Shown one piece after another: positions 11,001-18,756 of a stretch of DNA of 53,882 nt. The position numbers and the translations under genes are program-made. The notes under the pieces were generated by a model. The model was not told the DNA's origin, made no database searches, and saw only the letters and a program-made list of their open reading frames with translations. The number at the start of each line of letters is the position of its first letter. Positions within the stretch are counted from its first letter, which is position 1. Source of the stretch: an uncultured Clostridia bacterium. GTDB lineage: Bacteria; Bacillota; Clostridia; Christensenellales; Aristaeellaceae. The stretch spans positions 1 to 53,882 of the forward strand of contig CAMDVP010000001.1 of the NCBI GenBank assembly GCA_945877525.1, written 5' to 3'.

Positions 11001-12760
11001 TAGGCCTCGGCAAAGGCATCCATCTCTGCGGTGATGCCGGACAGAAAAGCCGGATGAGCCAGATGTTCAGCCAATCGTGCTGTTTCGTCCGGAAAGCCGC
11101 CGCCGTGAATGGGTTCCAGGGAGGGAAGAAAGGCTTTGCCTTCGGGCGTTGTGTCTCCATACAGATTCCACAGGCGCTGAGCGATCATGGCGCGCTCATG
11201 TGCAGGGGCAGTCGCCAACTCCATCATGCTTGTGAACTGCCCGTTTTCCAACAGTTCGCCGATGCGTTTTGCGGCATCCTCCCAGGACATGACCTGCGCA
11301 ATCCGTGCATACCGAGCAGAGCCACCGGGCGCGAAGCGAATCCCATCCTCCGCATACCATGCGCTGATGCGCCCATGCTCCGTGGCCATGCCGTTGCCGC
11401 CGTGATAAACCTGCCGAAGAACCTGGGCCATTTCTTCAACCGGCTTTCCCTTGGAAAACTCGGCAGCCAGAATCAGACGGTGATTGGTGGTGTTACCGCC
11501 CGTGCGCAGGATGTCATCCATGTCCTCCTGCGGAACAGAAAAAGCGAAGGGCGTCGCCGGGACGCTCTCCGCTTCCATGTGTTCAATCAGCGCAATCTGC
11601 TCCGATTCGCCGGGAATGATGAAGCTCATCTGCTCCAGCACGGGGTCGTAATCCGTCAGGCGTAGATCATCTCCGACAGAATCGTCTCCTCGGCCTGCGC
11701 CTGCAGCGCGTTCATGCTCTGCACCCAGGCCATCTGATCCCGCGCCTTCAGCGCCTCCGTCACGCCCGCCTGCTTCGTCAGCTCGTTCATCAGGCTTTCG
11801 AGCCGGTTCTGCGCCGTCTGCTCGATCTCCTGCAGGTGCTCCATCAGCTTCCCGCTGAGCATCAGCCTCGTGTACAGCCCCGGACGATTCTCCTCCAGAT
11901 AGCGCTGTCTCATCAGGCCGTACTTGCCCAACGGCATTTGCTCCGCTTCGGTCAGCCCCAGGTCGGGCAGCAGATAGTCCCCGCTCTGCCTGTACTTCAG
12001 TTCGATCATGTTCCATGCTCCTTTCTGTCTGCCTGATTGTCATTTCAATCTGCCGCAGCACCTGGCCTGTGATCATGCTGACCGCGTTGCCAAGCTCCCC
12101 GGCAGTTGCAGGGGTGTTGAAGTTTATCACCTCGGTGAAGTCCTCCCGGTACAGCTCCGGCTCCAGTCCGCATCGCAGCTGAAGGCTGTACGCGATGCTG
12201 ACTGTTGCCGCCTGTCTGAAGGACGCTCCGATGTTGAAATCATCATACTCCGATAGGAAGGAATCCGCAACGCTGTCGATGATGTCACGCCTGTGATCGC
12301 GCCAATAGGCCAGCGCCTGCTGGCTGGCAATCTGATTGATCTGCTCCGCGAGAGGCATTTCAGCGTCCGCGTTGTATACCTCTTCCAGCATCCTGCGGAC
12401 AGCTTGCTCCGTCTGTTCGGTTATTCGCCACGGCTCGACATCTCTCGACTCACGACGAGTGCCGGTGTCCGATACATCAAAGACATAGCGCACACCCATT
12501 CCGCCAGAACCGGCTGTCAGCAGCGCAATGCCCTTGGAGCCGCGCCGGATGTACCGGTGCATGGTATTATTCCAGAGATCGTACTCGGCACAGGCCGTTG
12601 CATCCGGGCGCTGGGCATAGATCAGCAGCTGATCACGATATGGGTACTTGTACAGTCTGGATGATGTGCCCAGAAAAGCCGCCCAATCCAAATAATCTCC
12701 AGTAATCTTTCGGGCGGTATCATCAGCCAGTGAAGCGTAAATCTGTGCCTTTGTAGCCAT
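5093..12760 (-). CDS. Polyvalent protein: ArdC-N-like ssDNA-binding domain, low-complexity linker, N6-adenine DNA methyltransferase and SNF2/DEAH helicase
   Basis: The ArdC-N-like part reads YPYRDQLLIYAQRPDATACAEYDLWN..RRGSKGIALL. Methylase motif I is ILEPSMGVGNF (about 9512-9546) and motif IV is GNVPFG (9335-9352). Helicase motif I is AHQVGAGKT (7502-7534), motif II is VDEAHSY (7022-7042) and motif VI is QRAGRIVRQGN (about 5961-5996). ATG at 12760 follows AGGAGAAATAC. Confidence 0.85.
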   Translation of the reverse strand: MATKAQIYASLADDTARKITGDYLDWAAFLGTSSRLYKYPYRDQLLIYAQRPDATACAEYDLWNNTMHRYIRRGSKGIALLTAGSGGMGVRYVFDVSDTGTRRESRDVEPWRITEQTEQAVRRMLEEVYNADAEMPLAEQINQIASQQALAYWRDHRRDIIDSVADSFLSEYDDFNIGASFRQAATVSIAYSLQLRCGLEPELYREDFTEVINFNTPATAGELGNAVSMITGQVLRQIEMTIRQTERSMEHDRTEVQAERGLSAARPGADRSGANAVGQVRPDETALSGGESSGAVHEADAQREADGAPAGDRADGAEPARKPDERADEAGGRDGGAEGAGSDGLGAEHERAAGAGRGDDSVGDDLRLTDYDPVLEQMSFIIPGESEQIALIEHMEAESVPATPFAFSVPQEDMDDILRTGGNTTNHRLILAAEFSKGKPVEEMAQVLRQVYHGGNGMATEHGRISAWYAEDGIRFAPGGSARYARIAQVMSWEDAAKRIGELLENGQFTSMMELATAPAHERAMIAQRLWNLYGDTTPEGKAFLPSLEPIHGGGFPDETARLAEHLAHPAFLSGITAEMDAFAEAYAQNRNLLRFRFHNPAALARSLRELALPRREYESLLTEVARPAAFITEDEIDAQLASGSSMAGGKGRIYRFFTAYPAHTPKEKADFLKEEYGIGGRSHAVSGSDRSGESHDGKGIKLEKEGCPPVQLSWAQVVKRIDVMIARDRYMTPKELESIGVFQEAEEVQTETNEPAPESDFSDGVEANVEMPDDDESIDTEAVREHLADAGIVNGEVVDEEALRDSPFIQQVTELAEQLQAERDSTESPAQNEGEGSSEYAAQEHPYKVGDTVYLDDRPFVITQIGHFNIQLQDPSQAYPIFRSESIERFEQLLMLDERNTGLLSSDSVKEGHTFTTETEAVYPGEKNGLPYDVVIERLRVEEPAHHQPTQPAAENFRITDDHLGEGGAKAKYGNNLAAIRTLKQIEAEGRAATPQEQEVLSRYVGWGGLADAFDPDKPAWADEYRQLAAILTPQEYEAARASTLNAHYTSPVVIRAMYDAVAQMGFTGGNILEPSMGVGNFFGMLPEGMQASRLYGVELDSITGRIAQQLYPKANITVAGFETTDRRDFFDLAIGNVPFGNYQVNDRAYNKLGFSIHNYFFAKAIDQVRPGGVIAFVTSRYTMDQQSPEVRRYIAQRAELLGAIRLPNNAFRANAGTEVVSDIIFLQKRDRAIEIEPDWVHVGEDADGLTMNSYFVQHPEMILGTLAKENTQYGRESFTVLPKEGVSLADQLHEAIGHIHGTYQEAALPDLGDNEAIDESIPADPDVRNFSYTVIDGTVYYRENSRMVKPHLNQTAQERVKGMIALRDQVRKLIDAQLDEHGDGEIEQLQQELNTLYDSFSARFGLINDRANRLAFSSDSSYYLLCSLEILDDDHKLLRKADMFTKRTIKQQRSVDHVDTSADALAVSIGERARVDLGYMAQLTGKSEEDIVQELTGVIFRIPGTEAQYVTADEYLSGNVRQKLREARTAVQSDAAFQPNVTALEAAQPKDLEASDIDVRLGATWIAPEYIQDFMYELLNTPYYQRRAIEVHFSPHTAEWRINGKNVVSRSNVAAYTTYGTDRANAYKILEDTLNLRDVRIYDTVQDADGKEQRVLNQKATTLAQQKQQAIKDAFREWIWKDPERRQTLVTQYNELFNSVRPREYDGSHIVFAGMNPEISLREHQRNAVAHVLYGGNTLLAHQVGAGKTFEMVAAAMESKRLGLCQKSMFVVPNHLTEQWASEFLRLYPSANILVTTKKDFETGNRKKFCARIATGDYDAVIIGHSQFEKIPVSHERQEQLLQDEIAEIMEGIEELKSNNGERFSIKQLEKSRKQLELKLEKLRAEERKDDVVTFEQLGVDRLYVDEAHSYKNLFLYTKMRNVAGISTSEAQKSSDMYMKCRYMDELTGGRGIIFATGTPVSNSMTELYTMQRYLQYGALQRSGMTHFDCWASTFGETTTAIELAPEGTGYRARTRFAKFFNLPELMNVFREVADIKTADQLQLPTPDVKYETVVVKPTAQQEEMVQALSERAAAVHNKQVDPTVDNMLKITSDGRKLGLDQRLINPLLPDDPASKVNACVSNILRIWEAGQEDKLTQLVFCDISTPKGTGAATTTQNGSEPFLADEPSQENTFNVYDDIREKLIAHGVPAEQIAFIHEANTEVKKKELFAKVRSGQVRVLMGSTAKMGAGTNVQDRLIALHDLDCPWRPGDLEQRAGRIVRQGNMNPEVSIFRYVTEATFDAYLWQTVENKQKFISQIMTSKSPVRSCEDMDETALSYAEIKALCAGDPRIKEKMDLDVDVARLKLMKADHQSKQFRLEDQLLKYFPQEVERDTQLIAGFQKDIATIEAHPLPQEDFVGMTVGDKLITDKEEAGKAILAACKDAAKGAPVEFGSYRGLPMRVQFDSFINKFVLTLHGAVSHPMEVGNDARGNITRLDNAIAQIPKRLAATTEHLTTIRQQIEAARTEAGKPFPQEAELRTKSARLAELDAALNMDRSSGTRQKDISHSDNER
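11656..12009 (-). CDS. tnpV: TnpV-family small protein, nested in an alternate frame of the polyvalent ORF
   Basis: The 117-aa product carries GDYLLPDL, LGKYGLMRQRYLEE, SGKL..HLQEIE and GVTEALKARDQMAWVQSMN, matching my recollection of TnpV. GAAAGGAG lies 8 nt upstream of the ATG at 12009. Confidence 0.65.
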   Translation of the reverse strand: MIELKYRQSGDYLLPDLGLTEAEQMPLGKYGLMRQRYLEENRPGLYTRLMLSGKLMEHLQEIEQTAQNRLESLMNELTKQAGVTEALKARDQMAWVQSMNALQAQAEETILSEMIYA

Positions 12761-12776
12761 GTATTTCTCCTTCCTG

Positions 12777-13007
12777 TTAATATTGGTCAATCATGAAATC
12801 AGGTGCGATGTCAGCTACAAGCTGGTCATATTCTTCATCGCTCATCCTGCAAAGACTGGCAATGACCTCTTCAGACAGTCTCTTGAGATCAGTTTCATCG
12901 TATGCCAGGTAGTGCATCATATCTCGCAACTCAGCAATCGTGCCAAGGCGGGTTCCCTCATTGTAAAGACAGATCAGCGTGATCTCTTCCGTGCGAAACT
13001 GGTTCAA
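12777..13007 (-). CDS. Transposon-transfer-assisting (TTA) family small protein
   Basis: 76 aa with EEITLICLYNEGTR and MSDEEYDQL motifs. TTG start follows GAAGGTGA; no in-frame ATG lies nearby. Confidence 0.55.
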   Translation of the reverse strand: MNQFRTEEITLICLYNEGTRLGTIAELRDMMHYLAYDETDLKRLSEEVIASLCRMSDEEYDQLVADIAPDFMIDQY

Positions 13008-13024
13008 GCAGTCACCTTCTTTCG

Positions 13025-13384
13025 TCAGATTTCGTCGCTTTTCGCGCAGTCAGCACAGCACGCAGGTTCACTTGTGGTGTGCCAATATGGCTGCTGACAG
13101 ATGTCGCATTGCCTCAGGCTTTGCGGATATATCTCTTCGGGGGCCTCACTGTCATCCCCGCCATACCATAGCGCATACGCCACGAGATCCTGAAGATCCC
13201 AATCAGCAGGCAGCACAACCTCCAGAAAGTAATCACAGTCGATTGCACCATCCTGAACGGATTGATAATTGGTGTTGATGATGTGGCAGCGTTCATCAGT
13301 CAGCGCGCAATTACCGGCATGGTAGTTGGCACACTCTTCATGAGCAAGCGCCCGGATGTGCTTGAGTATTTGTTTGTTCGTCAT
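13025..13384 (-). CDS. Cysteine-rich VLP protein
   Basis: Multiple Cys clusters plus the family-naming VLP motif (EVVLPADWDL). SD is GAGGT. Confidence 0.65.
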   Translation of the reverse strand: MTNKQILKHIRALAHEECANYHAGNCALTDERCHIINTNYQSVQDGAIDCDYFLEVVLPADWDLQDLVAYALWYGGDDSEAPEEIYPQSLRQCDICQQPYWHTTSEPACCADCAKSDEI

Positions 13385-13436
13385 GGGTACCTCAATTCTC
13401 GCAGGGGCAAGGCTTGCCCCTGACGAGAGAAGGACA

Positions 13437-14072
13437 TCACGCCGGGTGGCGGATGTCCTCCTCAGTCAGATAGATGCCATAACGGCCCAGCTCAGGGATG
13501 GCGTTGTTCTCAGCATCGTTCCGCGCACGCTGAAAGTCGCCGTCACCGCTATTTACATTGAGCGTACTCAGGGAATAGACAGGGGTGTCCAGCCTAAGCT
13601 CCCGATACTCGTTATAGCGGGCAATCTGCCAGATGCCATTCTTTCGGCACAGGTAATCCATGACACCAACCAGGAACAGCGCACAGCGATATTGCCCATC
13701 GTCATAGAGACGCTCGACCCACTCATTCTGGTCGATTCCGTCGATGAACGCCAGATCGCCGGTGGCGCGAAGCCTGCCCAGCATGGAGTCTGCCAGAACG
13801 TAGAAGTTCATCAGGGAGTGATCGTCATGAACAGGAATACGGGTATGAGCAGCACGCCCTAGCGCAAGCTCTTCCCAGTAGTCTTCGAGAATGTCCTCGA
13901 CGCTGACATCCAGCGCATACGCAAGGTTGTACAGGGTTACTGCTTCGCAGCGATCCAACTGCGCTTTGCCGTTCAGAATGTCGCGCAGCGTGGACTCGGG
14001 GATATTGCTGCTGGCGCTCAGTTCAGCGCGGGTCAGGTTTCGGGAGTTCATCAGGTTATTCAGAAACATCAT
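13437..14072 (-). CDS. XRE-family HTH protein with unassigned C-terminal domain of about 140 aa
   Basis: N-terminus NLTRAELSASSNIPESTLRDILNGK is a Cro/C1-type HTH. The start lies 1 nt after the upstream stop. Confidence 0.7.
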   Translation of the reverse strand: MMFLNNLMNSRNLTRAELSASSNIPESTLRDILNGKAQLDRCEAVTLYNLAYALDVSVEDILEDYWEELALGRAAHTRIPVHDDHSLMNFYVLADSMLGRLRATGDLAFIDGIDQNEWVERLYDDGQYRCALFLVGVMDYLCRKNGIWQIARYNEYRELRLDTPVYSLSTLNVNSGDGDFQRARNDAENNAIPELGRYGIYLTEEDIRHPA

Positions 14073-14073
14073 A

Positions 14074-14997
14074 TTATCTCTCCATTTCTTGTGTCTTGGG
14101 TTTGATGGTCGGCGCGGGGGTATTCAGCGTCGTTTTCTGCTCGCGCCTATATGCCCGCTGCGTTTCCTTGTCATAGCAGTAAAGGTAGAAGTTGTAATCC
14201 CCGCGCTGCGGAATGCAGCGGAGGCAGTATTCGTATCGGCTGGTTTCAGCACGATACCCATAATGACCATTTCCAAGGGCTCCATCATAACTGCAGCCCT
14301 TGCGCATCGACGCAAAATTCGACAGCAGACCGCCTTCATTGCGCAGGCCATCGACAATCGTTTGAAGCTCCTGCCGAAATTCCTCATTGTTCAGCTTGGG
14401 CGAATGGTCGAACCAGCTCGTCCAGAACTCAGTGCCGCTTCTGCCGAAATCCCCCCGCAAGTGGCCGACACAGCCGCGCTCAGCATCTGTTTCTTCATGA
14501 CTCGAATACAGCCAGTCCGCCTTTTCTGCTTCAACAGGTTTCCAGGTTATCTGATTATTCAGGTCGTGCTCCACGTCTTTGAGTATGCTTTCAAACGCAT
14601 ACAGCGCGGTGCGGGTATAATCACCATAGATCAATGAGACATCAGGGGTGGACATCCCTTGCTGCTCGGCAAAGGATGATGTATCTGCTGCATCCAGCCA
14701 TGAGGTAAGCTCAGCCTGTAAATCACTCACAAGCTCAGTCATGGATTCGCCTTGGTCACCCGCATACATCAGCTCTTCCACACCCGCATCCGGGTCTTCA
14801 GAGGAAAATGAGAGCATCAGCTCCGAGCTGTTCCCTGTTCGGGTGTAGGTCAGGACTGTATCATTTGGATAGTCAAAGGTGTAGCTTCGCACGATTTGCT
14901 CATCTGGAGTATCGGTGTCCGGCTCCGGACGGTCATATTGGCTGTCGCGCCAGTTCTCAAAGGATTCCATGGACTGATTCATGTACATTCGCATCAC
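14074..14997 (-). CDS. Hypothetical ICE accessory protein
   Basis: Long ORF in operon context with an acidic N-terminal half. Several candidate ATGs exist; the one at 14988 has the best spacing from GAGGAG. Confidence 0.5.
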   Translation of the reverse strand: MMRMYMNQSMESFENWRDSQYDRPEPDTDTPDEQIVRSYTFDYPNDTVLTYTRTGNSSELMLSFSSEDPDAGVEELMYAGDQGESMTELVSDLQAELTSWLDAADTSSFAEQQGMSTPDVSLIYGDYTRTALYAFESILKDVEHDLNNQITWKPVEAEKADWLYSSHEETDAERGCVGHLRGDFGRSGTEFWTSWFDHSPKLNNEEFRQELQTIVDGLRNEGGLLSNFASMRKGCSYDGALGNGHYGYRAETSRYEYCLRCIPQRGDYNFYLYCYDKETQRAYRREQKTTLNTPAPTIKPKTQEMER

Positions 14998-15007
14998 TCC
15001 TCATTGC

Positions 15008-15607
15008 TCAGCGTTCCGGGTCATTCCTGGAAATGCTCCTGGAACGGATATGGGATGAAGCAGGCTTGTCATGGTCATTGAGCAATCTGGGCGCAGAGAA
15101 TTTCGCCGCGCGTTCTTCCTTGGGCCCGTTGTTGACGATCCCGTCGATCATGTTGTAATCATCCTCGAGCATCATTTCGGCGTTCTTCAGTGCGTTTTCG
15201 TGCTCAAGAAAGGCAGGCAGCTTATAGAATCCAAAGCTGTCCGTGTAATAGCATTCGGTTTTTCCGCCCTGGTTGAGAGCAATCACATCGCTGACGCTCA
15301 GGCTGTGACCGCGAAAATCATCGGGACGATTGAGGTTGAAGCGGGTGTACAGTCCTTCGAGAATGGATTCGGGCGTTTTGCAAGAAGCAAGATCAGATGA
15401 GAGCACGCCGGAGTAAACAAGGTCATACCGGCTTTCCGTCACACCAAGCGCGGCGTCTGCGTGGTTGCCTTCCCTTCGGTTGAGGCTGCGCAGCTCTGAC
15501 AGGCTGGCAAAGCGCAGGCTGTGGTACTGAGGATCAGACTTCAGCTGATAAATCGCAAAGCCATTTTCGGGAAGCTCGCGTGGATTCTGACCGGTTTTGT
15601 CCATCAT
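15008..15607 (-). CDS. YodL-like plus DUF4316-like domain protein
   Basis: The YodL-like part reads FAIYQLK...LEGLYTRFNLNRPDDFRGHSLSVSDVIAL and the DUF4316-like part reads EDDYNMIDGIVNNG. SD is GGAGGTGA. Confidence 0.65.
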   Translation of the reverse strand: MMDKTGQNPRELPENGFAIYQLKSDPQYHSLRFASLSELRSLNRREGNHADAALGVTESRYDLVYSGVLSSDLASCKTPESILEGLYTRFNLNRPDDFRGHSLSVSDVIALNQGGKTECYYTDSFGFYKLPAFLEHENALKNAEMMLEDDYNMIDGIVNNGPKEERAAKFSAPRLLNDHDKPASSHIRSRSISRNDPER

Positions 15608-15664
15608 AGGATCACCTCCAAAAGCAGAGCGCCGGCATCGCTGCCAGCGCCCTGCGCAGGTCGT

Positions 15665-16585
15665 TTATTCGCAGACCACCATGTCGCTGGTTCTGGCTCC
15701 ATCGGAGATCACCAGCGAATACTGGTACGAGCCATCCGCCTTGACCTGACGGCAGATGCGCAGGCCGTACTGCTCCGTGGCAGAGCCGCGCGCCAGTGTC
15801 AACTCGAACTCCGATTCATTGAGGTAACGGTCACGGCGGGTATCGTAAAAGTCAATCGACCACGTACCCGACCATTCCATCTCGCGCCCGCTCTCCAGCT
15901 GTGTCCTGCCGGTCATCGTTCCATCCTCGCGGAAGGTGATGCGGCTTGCGTTGATGGAGCTGCCCGCATACAGCCGCCAGCTGCCGAGCATGGCCTGACG
16001 CGCCTCGCTCAGCTCCATCACCGTCTCATACAGGCAGGCGGACGGCACAAAGCCGCGGAACCGCTCCTTGTCTGCCTCGGCTTCAATGTACGTCCATTCG
16101 CCCATGGTGCCCAGGCAAGTTACCCTCGTGTTTTCCGTCAGGCGTGCGAGGGGCGTGCGGCTGACCAGCGGATCATCTGTCACCTCCACATCGTAATGCA
16201 CCACGGAGGGGATGCTCGTGAGATTCAGCTCTGGCACCGTGACACCAGCGGGCAGCGCGTTCTTGTAGATGTAGCCGATGCGGTTGTGCGTATCGGTAAT
16301 GTCGTACTGCACGAGAATCCAGTCGTCCTCGCTGCCAAACACCTGAATCCAGCCGTTGGTGCTGACGCGGGCGCGGCCCTTTGCGCCGCGGATGCTCCTG
16401 CTGTCGGGCGCGGAATAGACGGGATAGGTCTGGTTTGAGGTAAAGGAGATCAGGGAGGCATTCAGCGTCCCCGCGGGAATCGACGGCACATTGGCGGTGT
16501 CGATCATTGTCGTGGCAGGCTCATCGGCCAAAGCAATCGCACAAAGCATAATCAGGGTGAGAATCAGAGTAAGCAGTTTCTTCAT
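15665..16585 (-). CDS. Secreted protein with SH3b-like N-terminal region
   Basis: Signal peptide MKKLLTLILTLIMLCAIALA, followed by repeats resembling bacterial SH3 (YPVYSAPDS...GWIQVFG; RVTCLGTMGEWTYIE). Confidence 0.5.
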   Translation of the reverse strand: MKKLLTLILTLIMLCAIALADEPATTMIDTANVPSIPAGTLNASLISFTSNQTYPVYSAPDSRSIRGAKGRARVSTNGWIQVFGSEDDWILVQYDITDTHNRIGYIYKNALPAGVTVPELNLTSIPSVVHYDVEVTDDPLVSRTPLARLTENTRVTCLGTMGEWTYIEAEADKERFRGFVPSACLYETVMELSEARQAMLGSWRLYAGSSINASRITFREDGTMTGRTQLESGREMEWSGTWSIDFYDTRRDRYLNESEFELTLARGSATEQYGLRICRQVKADGSYQYSLVISDGARTSDMVVCE

Positions 16586-16608
16586 ATTGTATTTTGGCTC
16601 CTTTCTTG

Positions 16609-18705
16609 TCAGTCGAAGGTGGGGCGGAGAATGGGTTTGCCGTCAGCATTGTAGTCAAGATGCAGCGTGGCAGCATATTGGGTATGGGTCTTTGCGGAGC
16701 GCAGGCCGACCTTGCGGACGCAGCCCTTCTCCAGCAGCTCCTTCACATCGCCGGAGGTCAGCGGCTTCTCCGCGTCCTTCAGAATGCCGCCGGTCTTCCA
16801 CAGCGCAAAGCTGCAGGTTCGGTTCTCGCACATATACCCCTTCGCACGCTCGGTGATCGCCGCACCGCACTTTGGACAGGCGCCGAGCGCCTCCCGTAGC
16901 GGCGGGAAAAGCTGCTCAGCATTCTTAGCACGCTTGGTGTCATGAGCTAGCTCATCCACAAACTGTCGAATATCGCGCATGAAGTCCTCAGACTTCTCCT
17001 GTCCCTGCTCGATGCGTCCCAGCCGCTGCTCCCACTCCGCTGTCAGCTGTGCGGAGCTCAGCTTGTCGGGCAGGATGGAGGTTAGCGCCTTTCCCTTGGC
17101 GGTCGGAATCAGGACTTTCTTTCGCTTTTCACCGACGCGCTCCACCAGCTTGGTTTCGATGAGCTTTTCCAGAATCGCCGCCCGCGTGGCAGGCGTGCCG
17201 ATCCCCTTGTGCTCCGCATCCTCCGGCATGTCCTCCTTGCCTGCGCTCTCCATCGCGTGCAGGATCGTCCCTTCGGTGTGATGGGCCGGAGGCGTGGTCT
17301 GCCCCTCACGGATTGCCGCCTTGGGGAAGGGAAACTCGAAGCCTTCGGTCATCTCTTCCGGCACCATCAGGGGATTGTCCGCATCCTTTTCATCGACACC
17401 TGCGCCGATGCTGCCGCGGAAGGCGCACCAGATGCGCTTCCACCCCATTTGCACAATGCGCTTACCTTTTGCAGTGAAGTCATGCCCGGCGCACTCGATA
17501 TGCAGGACGGTTTCCTCATAAACGCAGGGATTGTCCAGCGCGCAGAGCAGTCTTGCACAGACCAGAAACAGAAGATCATGTTCGCCGGTGGTCAGCGCCC
17601 GGATGGCCGCTTCCTGACCGGGCATCATGGTCGTCGGAATCAGCGCATGGTGATCCGTCACCTTGGCGTCATTGATCACCGCTTCAACGCGGATTGCGGG
17701 TTCAAGGCCATCTGCAAAAGGCAGTACGCCACAAACTCTGGAAGCCAGCTCGGGCAGCCCGGCTGCCATGTCATGCGTCAGATACCGGCTGTCGGTTCGC
17801 GGATAGGTCAGCAGCTTCTTTTCATACAGTCCCTGGGCGTAGTCGAGCGTCTGCTGTGCCGTGAAGCCATAGAGCTTGTTCGCGTCCCGCTGCAGGCTGG
17901 TCAGGTCATACAGCGCAGGCGGGTTCTCGTTCCGCTGCGTATGCTCCATCGACTTCACAACCGCATTGCTGTGATTGCAGGCATCCATCAGCTGGCGCGC
18001 TTCGTTGAGATCGGCAAAGCGTTCCGATTCGGCGCTCACGTCGCGCCCGGTATCCAGCACGACCTTGTAGAAGGTCTCCGGCCTGAACTCCGCAATATCC
18101 TTTTCTCTCTGCGAGAGCATGGCCAGCGTCGGGGACATGACGCGCCCGATATGCAGCGTCGGGCCGTAAAGCAGGGAGTACAGGCGCGTGGCGTTCATGC
18201 CGATGAGCCAATCCGCCTGGGCGCGGCAAAGCGCTGCCTGATACAGATTGTCGTAAGCGGACATCGGCTTCATGCTGCGGAAGCCCTCGCGGATGGCGCT
18301 TTCCTCCATCGAGGAGATCCACAGGCGGCGCACAGATTTCCGGCACTGCGCCGCCTGATAGACCAGCCGGAAGATCAGCTCGCCCTCGCGTCCTGCGTCC
18401 GTCGCGCAGATGATGCCCGTGACGCGGGGATCGTTCATCAGCGCCTTGAGGATATCAAACTGCTTTTTGGTTTCTGCGGTGACGGTGTACTGCCATTTCT
18501 CAGGGATGATCGGCAGATCCGCGTAGCGCCAGCGGGCGTACTTGGTATCGTAGACCTCAGGCAGCGCCAGCTCGACGAGATGCCCGACGCACCAGCTGAC
18601 CAGAAATCCCTTGCCCTGCAGATAGCCGTTCTGACGTTCGGTAGCGCCCACAACCTCCGCAATCGCCCTTGCGACACTCGGCTTTTCCGTAATAATCAAT
18701 TCCAT
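16609..18705 (-). CDS. topB: DNA topoisomerase III (type IA)
   Basis: TOPRIM start MELIITEKPS, active-site region LLTYPRTDSRYL and C-terminal zinc ribbon CPKCGAAI...CENRTCSF. Confidence 0.9.
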   Translation of the reverse strand: MELIITEKPSVARAIAEVVGATERQNGYLQGKGFLVSWCVGHLVELALPEVYDTKYARWRYADLPIIPEKWQYTVTAETKKQFDILKALMNDPRVTGIICATDAGREGELIFRLVYQAAQCRKSVRRLWISSMEESAIREGFRSMKPMSAYDNLYQAALCRAQADWLIGMNATRLYSLLYGPTLHIGRVMSPTLAMLSQREKDIAEFRPETFYKVVLDTGRDVSAESERFADLNEARQLMDACNHSNAVVKSMEHTQRNENPPALYDLTSLQRDANKLYGFTAQQTLDYAQGLYEKKLLTYPRTDSRYLTHDMAAGLPELASRVCGVLPFADGLEPAIRVEAVINDAKVTDHHALIPTTMMPGQEAAIRALTTGEHDLLFLVCARLLCALDNPCVYEETVLHIECAGHDFTAKGKRIVQMGWKRIWCAFRGSIGAGVDEKDADNPLMVPEEMTEGFEFPFPKAAIREGQTTPPAHHTEGTILHAMESAGKEDMPEDAEHKGIGTPATRAAILEKLIETKLVERVGEKRKKVLIPTAKGKALTSILPDKLSSAQLTAEWEQRLGRIEQGQEKSEDFMRDIRQFVDELAHDTKRAKNAEQLFPPLREALGACPKCGAAITERAKGYMCENRTCSFALWKTGGILKDAEKPLTSGDVKELLEKGCVRKVGLRSAKTHTQYAATLHLDYNADGKPILRPTFD

Positions 18706-18756
18706 ATTCTTTCCTCCGTGTATGCGTTACCCCGAAGCGGATGCTCCGGGGCTGTG

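Noticed and set aside
5093-12790. Splitting the giant ORF into separate ardC-like, tnpV and helicase genes, or calling it a frameshift artefact.
   Set aside because: There is no in-frame stop between the ArdC-like domain and the downstream domains, so a simple three-gene model does not fit the sequence as given. A sequencing indel cannot be excluded without reads and is listed as a refutation test.
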